DNA from: Malacoraja senta
Lineage: Eukaryota
DNA: 64,000 bases
NCBI GenBank assembly: GCA_038087875.1
Contig: CM075997.1
Coordinates: forward strand, 6,078,001 to 6,142,000
Direction: 5' to 3'
Within the stretch, counting starts at the first letter, position 1, and the number at the start of each line of letters is the position of its first letter. The position numbers were made by a program, and so were the translations under genes. Positions 24,342 to 37,568 of the stretch are shown here, one piece after another. The notes below the pieces were generated by a model that saw only the letters and a list, made by a program, of their open reading frames with translations, ran no database searches and was not told where the DNA came from.

Positions 24342-25399
24342 GCTTTAACAATATCTTAATATAAGATAGACACAAAATGCTGGAGAGCAGATGCTGGCAG
24401 CATCTCTGGAGAAAAGGAGTGGATGATGTTTCGGGTTGAAACCCTTCTTCAGAGACCCCTCTTCTTTTAAGAGATGGCCACTTAATGCCTTTTCTGATCC
24501 CATCATGAGGGTTTCAATGTCAGCTGATTAACATAAACATTTCTATATTTACTGCCCCTGCCTAGTTACAATGGTAAAACCTGGAATGTCACACCTCCAG
24601 TGACTGGTTCTGCTGGCCTTAAAGTATCAGAGGATGTTAACATTGTTTGATATGGAATCATTGCACGTGTCAATAGAAGTGATTACCTTGTCTGCTTCCA
24701 AAGCAAAATCTCTTAAGCAGCTTCTCATGGTGAATGACCAGCCTGTGTTCTTAACAGTCAATGGCATTCTCTGTGTTATCTTAATGGATGAAGCACGTTT
24801 CCTGTGTCCTCACTAGAGGCAATATACATTAAAACCACCATGTTACCCATCTTTGGATGCGCTCCAACCTTGCCTCAGTGAAAGCTGTTGCATTGTGTGA
24901 GCATTACTTAACACTGACCTGTGTTCCAGTTGGCGATGATGGATTATTGCGCTCTTGGGAGATATGCCAATAGACATGGAATATTCATTGCCATAATAGA
25001 GAAATATTTGTATAACTTCTATGCCTTTGACATCCTTCACTCCGGCAGGATTACAGCCTGTGTGACCTCGGTGCAAGTACAGAGATGATCCTCTCCTCCA
25101 GCTAAGTTAGCCTTCGTGACTCGAAGGGTCGCTCCAATTTGTTGTATTAGATGTCTATTGGAGGGCACCTTACATTCAAGGAAATGGGAGAAAATTAGTA
25201 TCAAAATGTTGTATGGCATGATTGTCATTATTGAGTTATTGTGACTGGGTTGTGCAAAGTGCGCCTTATGAGTTGCTAAGTTGCTAAGAAAAGGCAAGAC
25301 AGCTAAAGGGAATGCCACCCTCATGGGATAGTTGTCTTAAGCGTATGAAGTAATTTGAATACTGCAATTGCTCCAGCTCTGCCAAATGTTAAAGTTCTA

Positions 25400-27060
25400 A
25401 ATTAGGGCGAGGACAGCTTTGATGGTATTAGACAGGAACTAGCAAAGGTCGATTGGAGTAGGTTGTTGGCGGGCAAATAGACATCCAGAAAATAGGATAT
25501 TATAAAAAGTATGATATTGGAAGCTCAATGAATACATGTTTCTATTAGAGTGAGGTCGGAGTAAGGAACCATGGATGATAATTTATGTGCTCAGCTCAGG
25601 AAAAAGAGGTGGTATGGGTCAGGTATAGGCAGCTGAGATCAAGTATATTCTTGGAGGAGTATAGGGGATTGAGGAGGATATATTTATCATTGTTAGACAC
25701 GGGTGAGGTGCCGGAAGACTGGGGAATGGTTAATGTTCTGCCTCTATTTAAGTAGGGCTGAAAGAAAAACCTGAGAACTATAGACCAGAAAGCCCAGGAA
25801 AGTTACTGAGCAGGATTCTAAGGGATAAAATATAAATGTAACTGGAAATATGGTAGTTGACTAGAGATAGTTAGCATGGTCTTGTACGTGGGTGATCGTG
25901 TCTCACAAATTTGATTGAGTTTTTTGAGATAGCATCCAAGAATGTTGACGAGAGCAGGGCTGTAAATGTAGTTTATATGGACTTCCGCAAAGCCTTGAGA
26001 AGTAGATTGTTGTGGAAGTTTAATTCGCATGCACTCCACGGAGAGCTAACTAGCTGGATACAGAATCGGCTTCATGGTAGGAAGCAGAGAGTGGTGGTGG
26101 AAGCTTGTTTGTCAGACTAGTGGCCTGTGACTAATGGTGTGCCTAGGGATCAGTGCTGGCCCATTGCTATTTGTCATCTATATCAACAGCATGGGTGATT
26201 TGTAAGTTTGAAAATGACACTAAAATATGTGATATTCTAGACAGTGAAGATGGTTATCAAGAATTGCAGTGGTATATTGATCAGCTGGGAAAGCAGGCTG
26301 AAGAATGGCGAACAAAGTTTAATCTAGATAACTGTTGGTGCTGCATTTTAAGGTCAAACAGGGCAGGACCTTCACATTGAACAGTAGAGCTCTAGAGTGT
26401 GATGGAGAGGGATCTAATTACATAGCCCCCTGAAAGTGGAGATGCAGGTAGATAGGGTAGGTTGGCCTTCATCAGTTAGGGAATTGAGTAGAGAGGTTGG
26501 AACGTTCTGTTACAATTTTACAAGACATTGGAGAGGCTACATTAGCAATATTGTGCCCAGTTTTGGTCACTCTGCTACAGGAAAGATGTCATTAAGCTGG
26601 AAAGAGTGCAGAGAAGATTTACGAGGATGTTGCCAGGACTTAAGTATCTGAGCTAAGATAGGTTGGCATGTTTGGACTTTACTCCTTGGAGCGTAGGAGG
26701 CTGAGGGCTGATCTTAGAAAAATGTATAAAATCTTGAGGGGGATAGACAGGGTGAGTTTTTTTCCAGGGTAGGAGTGTCAAGGATTAGAAAATATTGGCT
26801 TAATGTGAGAGGGGAAATATTTAATGGGAACCTGAGAGGCAAGTATTTCCACACATAGAGTGGTGAGTATATATGAAATAAGTTGCCAGAGGAAGTAGTT
26901 GAGGGAGGTACAATAACAGCATGTAAAAGACATTTGGGCAGGTATATACTGTAGATAGGAATGGTTTAGAGGGGTATAATGGCCAAACATGTGTAAATGA
27001 AATTAGCTTTGATGAGGCATCGGGCAAATTAGCTAAAGGGCCTGTTTCCTTATTGTATGT
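25400..27060 (+). mobile_element. Degraded CR1 LINE
   Basis: ORF fragments IEFFE..VDESRAVNVVYMDFRKA and CKFENDTKI, plus 3'UTR-like sequence. Confidence 0.7.
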
Positions 27061-28373
27061 CCCATAAGGTCAAGGCATTTCTTCCTTCGTTGTTCCTAGT
27101 GCAGCTATTTCCTACTTCTTCTTTATATCTGAGCCTCTTGGTGCTTCCTTCTCATCACATCACCTAAAGGTTGTGCTTATTAAAATGAATAATGTCATGG
27201 CCCTTGCCTATGCACCGTCCTCTTCGGTCCCTGGCTGCGTTGTGACGAAGTGAAAGCTGCCCTTTAAGTGATGAAACACTGTTTGACTTTGCGTTAGAAT
27301 AGGTCAGCATGTGTGAAGTATTTAAGCCACCGATTAGTGAAACAAGAAATTGATTTTTATTTAATATAACAACAAACTTCCACTGTCTCAAGTAGTTGTA
27401 AATTACAACTGCATTGCAGAGATTTACAAAAGTACTTAGGTTCAACCTTGTTTTGGTGCTGAGAAAGACAATGTGGCAAAGGACATTATTCTAAAACAGC
27501 AGTCAATACAATGATGCAGCTGACAAGATGATAAAATATGGCCATTATTGCTATGTTACAGTCATTGCTAGGCTCAAGAAGAAAAGAGAGCAGTAGAATT
27601 ATATGATATTGATATATATGTTTAAAAGAGGAAATCTGTAATAAAAATTAGAAAAGTATAACATTTGTGAAGAGAGATAATGTAATACCATTTATCTGTA
27701 TTTTATGCCACCTATGGAATGAGTTGCTTTATAGAGTACTGACTTTCTTTTATAACGGACGTTGTTGCTAGACATTACAATTACTAGTCGCTATGGCCAA
27801 GGAATCATTAAGATTTAAAAAAATGCAAGGGTTTGTGGGGAATTTTATTCAAATGCCAAAAGTAAAAACAAACTTGTTTCAAGATATTGAAGAAGGGAAA
27901 ATTGAATTGCAGAATTGAATCAAGTTTTTTGTTTGCAATATGTATTTACGGACCAGTGGATCTCCGCTTGAGCTGATATGTAATAACATTAAAGGTGCAT
28001 CTTTGTACATGTACTAGGAACTAACTGCTTCCAAGCAAAAGAAAATAGATCTCAAACCAGTAAAAATCAAATAAAACTGCAGATGCTGGAAATCTTAAAT
28101 AAAAACTTGTTTTTAATTGCCTTAATATTTAGTTGGTCAGGCTGTACTTATGAGAAGACAAAACCTTAGCTCTCTTCCCAAAGATGCATCCCGACCTGCT
28201 GAGAATTTCCAGCATGTTTCTGTGTAGTTTTATATCTCAAACCAGCTTTTTAGATCAGGAGGTCTAAACTGCTTCGGGTGTCTGTCAGTGATAGTTCCTT
28301 TCTAGTGATATTAGCTGCTGCCTGTTCTTGCATCTTCTCACTTCTTTTCTTCCTCATTGTTTCTCTACTTCAG

Positions 28374-28423
28374 TATCTTCTGCAAACTGGCAGCTTTGGT
28401 CAGACATAGAATCTCCCTCTTTG
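28374..28423 (+). CDS. RYR1: RyR exon (about exon 61), (S)IFCKLAALVRHRISLF(G)
   Basis: Long polypyrimidine tract then cag|TATC; TTTG|gtaagc donor; 50 nt; phase joins the neighbouring exons; not in the ORF track in this frame. Confidence 0.93.
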
Positions 28424-29940
28424 GTAAGCTGCATGGAGTGTTGCTTTCTAAAGCTTTACTGTTCAGTCATGCTGTCCTTTTGTCTGTTGCTCAGTTTGTT
28501 TTCCTTCTGTGTAAAACTTTCCTCCAACAATAATATTCCAAAATGAATACGATGAAAAAAGTTTACTCTGTTAAGAAACCTTTGTGGACCAAATGTACTT
28601 CATCTTGACATTTATAATCACATTTTTGCTGATCTTATGTTGCTCTTTTAATTCTGGTTCTGGGAAGGTAGCGTTCAACATTTAAGGCATTACATTTTTG
28701 AAAGTGGACAGCAGCAAGTCCTAAGACTTAATGTTAGCCACTTAAAAGATCAACATAAAACGGCTTTTGTTTCATTCTCAGAGGGTGTCATTTTTTTAAT
28801 TTACTTGCTCAATGGCCAAATATTTAGATGACATTAATTTTATGTAAATATATATATATATTACAGTTGGCAAACATGCTAATTTTTGTGTGTTCACATT
28901 AGAGCGTAAACATTAAGTTACGTCACTCAATTGTTTTGTGCTTTGTGCAGCTAATGGTGTTATCGTGGTTTGGACTGAAATGTACCTAGCTTACCTTTTT
29001 ACAATATGAATGTTATTTCTAACTTAAGAAGTAAGAAAATTACATGTTAAACACTATTGTACAGACTGAAATAACTGGGAAATTTTGATGTTTCAAATTA
29101 CAAGTTTCTAACCTGTGTGTATACCTACTGAAAACATATCAAAAGTCTCGTTCGATTGAAATTTATGTTCCAGGTACATTTCTGGACCATTTGTTGGAAG
29201 ATTGCATTCAAGAAATTCTATTATGCAGCATTGATTGCAAAGCAATGCTCAGGAGCTTAATTGCAACATTTTTACAATGCAGTTACAATGTTAGTAAAAT
29301 TGCTTCCAAGTCTTCTGTGTAGCACTCTCCAGCCGCACACAGTCTGTCTGCAGTAACTTGTCTTGGGCCTTGTGTCATAGAACATAGTACACAGAATTTA
29401 TGCAGCATGGAAACAGCTGTATAAATTCACAGTTGCCTGCATATGATCCATATTCCTCCATTCCCTGCATATTAATATGCTTATCTAAAATACTCTTAAA
29501 TGCCTTTTTTGTATCTGCCTCCACCACCATCCCCAGCAGCACAATTCAGGTACCCTCTGTGTAAAAAAAAACGTGCTCTGCACATCTGTTTTAACTTTCC
29601 CCGTCTAGTATTTGACGTTTCTGCCCTTGGGTACATTTACTGACTTCCTACCCAGCTAGGCCTCATAATTTTATACACTTCCATCAAATCTCCCTTTTTC
29701 CGCCAAAGCTCCAGAGAAAACAATCTATATTTGTCCAACCTCTCATTATAGCTAATACCCTCTAATCCAGACAGCATCATGGAAAACCTCTTCTGCAGCT
29801 TCTCCAAAGTCTCCACATCCTTCCTGTAATGTGGAAACCAGAAATGCATGCAATACTCAAATATAGTCTATGTATTACAAAGTCGCAACATTTACTCTTC
29901 TTTGAAATTTGACCTCCCAATGTGCACCATCTCACACTTG

Positions 29941-30154
29941 TTTAAGAAAGAACTGCAGATGCTGGAAAAATCGAAGGTAGATAAAAATGCTGGAGAAACT
30001 CAGCGGGTGAGGCAGCATGTATGGAGTGAAGGAATAGGTGACGTTTCGGGTCGAGATCCTTCTTCAGACAGAAGGGTCTCGACCCGAAACGTCACCTATT
30101 CCTCCATAGATGCTGCCTCACCTGCTGAGTTTCTCCAGCATTTTTTATCTACCT
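29941..30154. mobile_element. Palindromic Penelope-derived element with hammerhead-core motifs, 15-bp TSD, inside a minus-strand CR1 remnant
   Basis: Inverted arms centred near 30065; TSD ACCATCTCACACTTG at 29926-29940 and 30155-30169. Confidence 0.75.
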
Positions 30155-30272
30155 ACCATCTCACACTTGCTCAGATTAAATTGAACTGCCATTTTTCTAC
30201 CCATATTTTCAAATCATCTATATCCCGCTGTAACCTTTGACAACCTTCCTCACTATCCACAAACTGGCCAGT

Positions 30273-30578
30273 TTAGTTTTAATTTAGAGATACAGCGTGG
30301 AAACAGGCCCACCGAGTCCGCACCGACCAGCGATCCCCACTCATTAACACTATCCTACACACACGAGGGACAATATACACATACACCAAGCCAATTAACC
30401 TACATACCTGTACGTCTTTGGAGTGTGGGAGGAAACCGAAGATCTCAGAGAAAACCCACTCGGTCACGGGGAGAACATACAAAGTCCGTACAGATGGCAC
30501 TGGTAGTCGGGATCGAACCCGGGTCTCCAGCGCTGCAAGCGCTATAAGGCAGCAACTCCACTGCAGCACCACCGTGGC
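30273..30578 (-). mobile_element. HE1-like tRNA-derived V-SINE
   Basis: A box (GGTGGTGCTGCAGTGG) and B box (GGTTCGATCC); central GTTCTCCCCGTG..GGTTTCCTCCCACACTCCAAAGAC domain; CR1-like tail. Confidence 0.8.
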
Positions 30579-33500
30579 CGCCCTTGTTTCATCTGCAAAT
30601 TTCTTAATCAGCCCACCTAAATTTTCATCCATATCACATATATCATAAAACAACTGAGCTGATCCTTGCAGAATACCACTGGCCATAGATTACAGTCAAA
30701 ATATCATCCCTCTACCATTGCCCTCTATCTTCTGTGGCCAAGCCGATTTGAAATCCAATCTGCTTAGTCACCATGGATCCCACGCGCTTTAATCTTCTGG
30801 ATCAGCCTACATGGGAGACCTTATCGAATTCTTTACTTAAAGACTATATAGCCAATAATTTCCCTACCACTGATGTAAAACTCACAGTCCTGTCACCTCC
30901 TGTAACCAGGAGCTGTAGTTTGTTTCTTCTATTTATGCAATGATAATCCTTTGCTCCGTTACAGTGGACAATCGGCAATAATGGACACCACCTCTCCCTC
31001 TATGGTCCGTTATAACAAAGATTTACTGTAGTTGTAATTTAATTTTCCAATCCACCCACTCATGCCCATGTCTGCTCTGCCAACTGGACAGATCTGCTTT
31101 TTTTTTTTCTATATTTGGGTGAAACTCTCCCCTTCCACCACCCAACATCTTTTTGTCCCATCCTCTTCGCAAATTAGTTCAAAATCTCCCCAACAGTTTG
31201 AGCAAAACTCCCACCAAGGATATTGTACCTGTATCGATTCAGGTGTAAACAGTCCTGCTTGTATATATCCCACCTGCTCCAGAAATATTCCTAATGATCC
31301 AAAAATCAAAAACCCTTCCTCCTATACCATTCCTGCATCTGCTTCCTTCCTGTCCCTATAGTCAGATGTACTTGGCACTGGAAGTAATCCATAGATTACA
31401 ATTTTAGATATCTTGCTCATTAATCTGCTACCAAGCTCCCTAAATTAATGTTGGGGGGATCACATTCCTTTTGCTACCTATATCATTGGTATCAGCATTT
31501 ACCACAGCCACTGGCTGCCCATCTTCCCTCTTCAGAACATCCTGGCTGCTTTAAGGCACCGCTGACCCTGGCACCAGGGAGGCAACTAGCTAGATGTGCA
31601 GGATGGCTCTGAGCAGTATTCACCTTTTGTCTGCAGGTTCTTGCTGGATTCAGTTGATGGATGCATTATCTCAGGATATGGAATGGTGGCAATGCTGAAT
31701 GGATTCTTGGGAATGTGAGGAAATAGGCAACAGATCGTGCACTGTTAACTGGGATGAGTATAGTTAGATGCTAGATGGTAGGCATTGGCCAAGGGCCTGT
31801 TACTGTGGTGTATATGGCTCTACGACTACACAAATGTTGAGTCAGAGTGTTTAGTTATCACTTGCAATTCTTAGGGAATTCTGGAGGGAAAGGGACAGGA
31901 AAACGCTCCCCACTCTGCTAAAATAAAAGCAAGTTAGTAAAGGAAATTCTGCCAATGGACGAGTGAATTATTCCAGAAAAGACATGGGGTCTGTGTTTAA
32001 TTTTTTTTTGTCCAGGTGTAATAGTGTGAATGTTTTAATGAAAAAGTGTATACTTCATCTGATTAGGAAAAGCATCAGTTGTGATAAAGGTCAGAAGTGG
32101 TCTCCAAATAAAATGGAATCTTCTTCTAACTCTGTTGTCTAAACGAATGAGGACATTAGGTTGCTTAAACATGTTGAAATCTAACTCATTTGCCATAACT
32201 GAATTTCTGCCCATTTTATTCCCTTTCTCCTGCTAGACTGGAGGTTTATTATGCAATGTTTGGCTTGGAATGATGCCTCTATCAGCTAAATTGAGATCTA
32301 AATCTACAGCCAAGGAAAAAAAATATTGATCATAAATGTTAAAAAAAATGTTTTTGTTATTGATATTCCTCATGTTCAAAGAATGAGAACAATGTTTAGC
32401 TGAACATTTTTTAATATTTAGTATTTTTTCCCACTGTTGTTTGAATGATGAATCTGTCGGACACAATTGCTAAATTCACCCACGTGATGATCATATTCCA
32501 ATTGATAATTTATTTTTCTGACACAATTTGGTTTGAAGTATTATTATTATTTGAAGTTTTATTATCGTGCTCTTTAATGTAAGTTTTATTTATAGTTTTG
32601 ACAGCAATAATTTCCATTTATATTAGCTTTCATCAGTGTAATCACCACATGCATGTAGAACTGAACACGTACATGCCCAGAACGAGAAGTATTTATGTGG
32701 TGTTCCTGGTTGACTGCAGTATTTATCAGGAAACTTTGACAATTTACTTGCGACTCATCATTTTGTGCTATGGAATCTTACATTCATCGAGATAAGCTAT
32801 CTGTTTAACACCTCGTCCAAAACACAACAATTTCATTGATACAACCCTTCCTCAGTTCTGATAGGTGTCTGTTAAGGGCCTGTCCCACCTAGGCTATTTT
32901 TAGGCGACTGTCATAGTCGTAGCAGGTCGCCGAAAAACCGGCGATTGGACCCCCCTTCAACATAAAATTTGAAATAGAATCATTACTTTAACAACAACAA
33001 AAAACCCAAAGTCAGCACTTGCGACAACATAGAAACATAGAAAATAGGTGCAGGAGTAGGCCATTCGGCCCTTCGAGCCTGCACCGCCATTCAATATGAT
33101 CATGGCTGATCATCCAACACAGTATCCTGTACCTGCCTTCTATCCATACCCCCTGATCCCTTTAGCCACAAGGGCCACATCTAACTCCCTCTTAAATATA
33201 GCCAATGAACTGGCCTCAACTACCTTCTGTGGCAGAGAATTCCACTCTCTGTGTGAAAAATGATTTTCTCATCTCGGTCCTAAAAGACTTCCCCCTTATC
33301 CTTAACCTGTGACCCCTTGTTCTGGACTTCCCCAACATCGGGAACAATCTTTCTGCATCTAGCCTGTCCAACCCCTTAAGAATCTTGTAAGTTTCTTTAA
33401 GATCCCCCCTCAATCCTCTAAATTCTAGCGAGTACAAGCCGAGTCTATCCAGTCTTTCTTCATATGAAAGTCCTGCCATCCCAGGAATCAGTCTGGTGAA

Positions 33501-36066
33501 CCTTCTCTGTACTCCCTCTATGGCAAGAATGTCTTTCCTCAGATTTGGTGACCAAAACTGTACGCAATACTCCAGCTGTGGCCTCACCAAGACCCTGTAC
33601 AACTGCAATAGAACCTCCCTGCTCTTATACTCAAATCCTTTTGCTATAAATGCTAACATACCATTCGCTTTCTTCACTGCCTGCTGCACCTGCATGCCTA
33701 CTTTCAATGACCGGTGTACCATGACACCCAGATCTCGTTGCATCTCCCCTTTTCCTAATCGGCCACCATTCAGATAATAGTCTACTTTCCTGTTTTTGCC
33801 ACCAAAGTGGATAACCTCACATTTATCCACATTATGCTGCCTGCCATGCATTTGCCCACTCACCCAACCTATCCAAGTCACCTTGCAGCCTCCTAGCATC
33901 CTCCTCACAGCTAACACTGCCCCCCAGCTTCGTGTCATCCGCAAACTTGGAGATGTTGCATTCAATTCCCTCATCCAGATCATTAATATATATTGTAAAT
34001 AGCTGGGGTCCCAGCACTGAGCCTTGCGGTACCCCACTAATCACTGCCTGCCATTCTGAAAAGGACCCGTTTACTCCTACACTTTGCTTCCTGTCTGCCA
34101 GCCAATTCTCTATCCACATCAATACTGAACCCCCAATACCGTGTGCTTTAAGTTTGCATACTAATCTCTTATGTGGAACCTTGTCGAAAGCCTTCTGAAA
34201 GTCCAGTTATAACACATCCACTGGTTCTCCCTTATCCACTCTACTAGTTACATCTTCGAAAAATTCTAGAAGATTCGTCAGACATGATTTACCTTTCATA
34301 AATCCATGCTGACTTTGTCCAATGATTTCACAACTTTGCAAATGTGCTGCTACCCCATCTTTAATAACTGACTCTAGCATTTTGCCCACTACCGATGTTA
34401 GACTAACTGGTCTGTAATTCCCCATTTTCTCTCTCCCTCCCTTTTTAAAAAGTGGGGTTACATTAGCTACCCTCCAATCCTCAGGAACTACTCCAGAATC
34501 TAAAGAGTTCTGAAAAATTCTCACTAATGCATCCACTATTTCTGGGGCTACTTCCTTAAGTACTCTGGGATGCAGCCTGTCTGGTCCTGGGGATTTATCG
34601 GCCTTTAATCCATTCAATTTACCTAACACCACTTCCCGGCTGACCGGGATTTCATTCAGTTCCTCCATCCCATTTGACCCCCGGTCCCCTGCTATTTCCG
34701 GCAGATTATTTATGTCTTCCTTAGTGAAGACAGAACCAAAGTAGTTATTCAATTGGTCTGCCATAGCCTTGTTCCCCATGATCAATTCACCCGTTTCTGA
34801 CTGCAAGGGACCTACATTTGTTTTAACTAATCTTTTTCTCTTATATCTATAAAAACTTTTGCAGTCAGTTTTTATGTTTCCTGCCAGTTTGTTTTCATAA
34901 TCTATTTTCCCTTTCCTAATTAAGCCCTTTGTCCTCCTCTGCTGGACTCTGGTAGGCTGCTTTTTCTGGCTAATTTGAATGCTTCATCTTTTATTTTGAT
35001 ACTATCCCTGATTTCCCTTGTTATCCACGGATGCGCTACCTTCCCTGATTTATTCTTTTGCCAAACTGGGATGAACAATTGTTGTAGTTCATCCATGCAG
35101 TCTTTAAATGCCTTCCATTGCATATCCACCGTCAACCCTTCAAGAATCACTTGCCAGTCTATCTTGGCCAATTCACGTCTCATACCCTCAAAGTTACCCT
35201 TCTTTAAGTTCAGAACCCTTGTTTCTGAATTAACAATGTCACTCTCCATCCTAATGAAGAACTCAACCATATTATGGTCACTTTTGCCCAAGGGGCCACG
35301 CACAACAAGACTGCTAACCAACCCTTCCTCATTAATCAATACCCAGTCTAGAATAGCCTGTTCTCTTGTTGGTTCCTCTACATGTTGGTTTAGAAAACTA
35401 TCCCGCATACATTCCAAGAAATCCTCTTCCTCAGCACCCCTGCCAATTTGATTCACCCAATCTATATGAAGATTGAAGTCACCCATTATAACTGTTTTAC
35501 CTTTGTTGCACGCATTTCTAATTTCCTGTTTGATGCCATCCCCAACTCCACTACTACTATTAGGTGGCCTGTACACAACTCCCACTAATGTTTTCTGCCC
35601 CTTAGTGTTTCGCAGCTCTACCTATATCGATTCCACATCCTCCAAGCTAATGTCCTTCCTTTCTATTGCGTTAATCTCCTCTCTAACCAGCAACGCTACG
35701 CCACCTCCTTTTCCTTTCTGTCTATCCCTCCTGAATATTGAATATCCCTGGATGTTCAGCTCCCAGCCTTGGTCACCCTGGAGCCATGTCTCCGTGATCC
35801 CAACTATATCATATTCATTAATAACTATCTGCACATTCAACTCATCCACCTTATTACGAATGCTCCTTGCATTGACACACAAAGCCTTCAGGCTTGTTTT
35901 TACAACACTCTTACCCCTTATACAATTATGTTGAAAAGTGTCCCTTTTTGATTTTTGCCCCGGATTTTTCTGCCTTCACTTTTACTTTTCACCTTGCTAC
36001 CTGTTGCTACTACCCTCATTTTACACCCCTCTGTTTCTCTACTCGTGCTCCCATTCCCCAGCCACA

Positions 36067-37014
36067 TTAGTTTAAATCCTCCCCGACAGCACTAGCAAAC
36101 ACTCCCCCAAGGACATTTGTTCCATTCCAGCCCAGGTGCAGACCGTCCTGTTTGTGCTGGTCCCACCTCCCCCAGAACTGGTTCCAATGCCCTAGAAATT
36201 TGAATTCCTCCCCCTTGCACCATTTTTCAAGCCACGTATTAATCTGCAATATCCTCCTATTTCTACTCTGACTAGCACGTGGCACTGGCAATAATTCAGA
36301 GATTATTACCTTTGAGGTCCTACTTTTAAGTTTTTCTCCTAGCTCCCTAAATTCACCTTGTAGGACCTCATCCCGTTTTTTACCTATATCGTTGGTGCCA
36401 ATGTGCACCACGACAACTGGCTGTTCACCCTCCCCCTCCAGAATGTTCTGCAGCCGTTCAGTGACACCCCTGACCCTTGCACCAGGGAGGCAACATACCA
36501 TCCTGGAGTCTCGTTTGCGGCCGCAGAAACTCCTATCTATTCCCCTTACAATTGAATCCCCTATTACTATGGCCCTTCCACTCTTTTTCCTCCCCTCCTG
36601 TGCCGCAGAGCCACCCATGGTGCCATTAACTTGGCTGCTGCTGCCTTCCCCTGATGAGCCATCTCCCCCAACAGTATCCAAAATGGTATATCTGTTTAGG
36701 AGGGAGATGACCGCAGGGGACTCCTGCACTACCTGCCTACTGCTACGCTGGCTAATGGCCACCCGTTCCCTTTCTGTCCTCTTACCTTTTACCTGCGGTG
36801 TGACCAACTTACTGTACGTGCTATTCACGACATTCTCAGCATCGTGGATGCTCCAGTATGAATCCAACCGCAGCTCCAATCGTTCAATGCAGTCTGCCAG
36901 GAGCTGCAGCTGGACACACTTCCTGCAAACGTAGTCACCAGGGACACCGACCATATCCCTGATCTCCCACATGTTGCAGGCTGAGCAAACCATGGGGCCG
37001 ATCTCAACTAACAT
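36067..37014 (-). CDS. CR1 ORF1p, 315 aa: Cys zinc finger, coiled coil, SGNH/GDSL esterase
   Basis: CSAC..CRKC, IGDSIVR, HIGTND and DGLHL motifs; uninterrupted frame. Confidence 0.8.
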   Translation of the reverse strand: MLVEIGPMVCSACNMWEIRDMVGVPGDYVCRKCVQLQLLADCIERLELRLDSYWSIHDAENVVNSTYSKLVTPQVKGKRTERERVAISQRSSRQVVQESPAVISLLNRYTILDTVGGDGSSGEGSSSQVNGTMGGSAAQEGRKKSGRAIVIGDSIVRGIDRSFCGRKRDSRMVCCLPGARVRGVTERLQNILEGEGEQPVVVVHIGTNDIGKKRDEVLQGEFRELGEKLKSRTSKVIISELLPVPRASQSRNRRILQINTWLEKWCKGEEFKFLGHWNQFWGRWDQHKQDGLHLGWNGTNVLGGVFASAVGEDLN

Positions 37015-37089
37015 GGCTTGCCCCCAAATTAAATCAACTCTCTCACACTATAAAAATCTTAATCCTTTAACTGTACCTTTACTATAAAG

Positions 37090-37568
37090 CACTGTCCCCT
37101 TAACTCACTGTACCCTTAACTCACTGTCCCCTTAACTCACTGTACCCTTAACTCACTGTCCCCTTAACTCACTGTACCCTTAACTCACTGTCCCCTTAAC
37201 TCACTGTCCCCTTAACTCACTGTCCCCTTAACTCACTGTCCCCTTAGCTCACTGTACCCTTAACTCACTGTCCCCTTAACTCACTGTCCCCTTAACTCAC
37301 TGTCCCCTTAACTCACTGTCCCCTTAACTCACTGTCCCCTTAACTCACTGTCCCCTTAACTCACTGTCCCCTTAACTCACTGTCCCCTTAACTCACTGTC
37401 CCCTTAACTCACTGTCCCCTTAACTCACTGTCCCCTTAACTCACTGTCCCCTTAACTCACTGTCCCCTTAACTCACTGTCCCCTTAACTCACTGTCCCCT
37501 TAACTCACTGTCCCCTTAACTCACTGTCCCCTTAACTCACTGTCCCCTTAGCTCACTGTACCCTTAAC
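37090..37568. repeat. 16-bp minisatellite (CACTGTCCCCTTAACT), about 30 copies, in the CR1 5'UTR
   Basis: Tandem array visible directly, with occasional 15-bp variant units (cactgtacccttaact-like). Confidence 0.95.

Noticed and set aside
27268..27340. GTGATGA box C-like motif suggesting an intronic C/D snoRNA
   Set aside because: No properly placed CTGA box D or terminal stem was found.
37090..37568. Possible CRISPR-like array
   Set aside because: The units are contiguous with no unique spacers and the context is vertebrate; it is a minisatellite.
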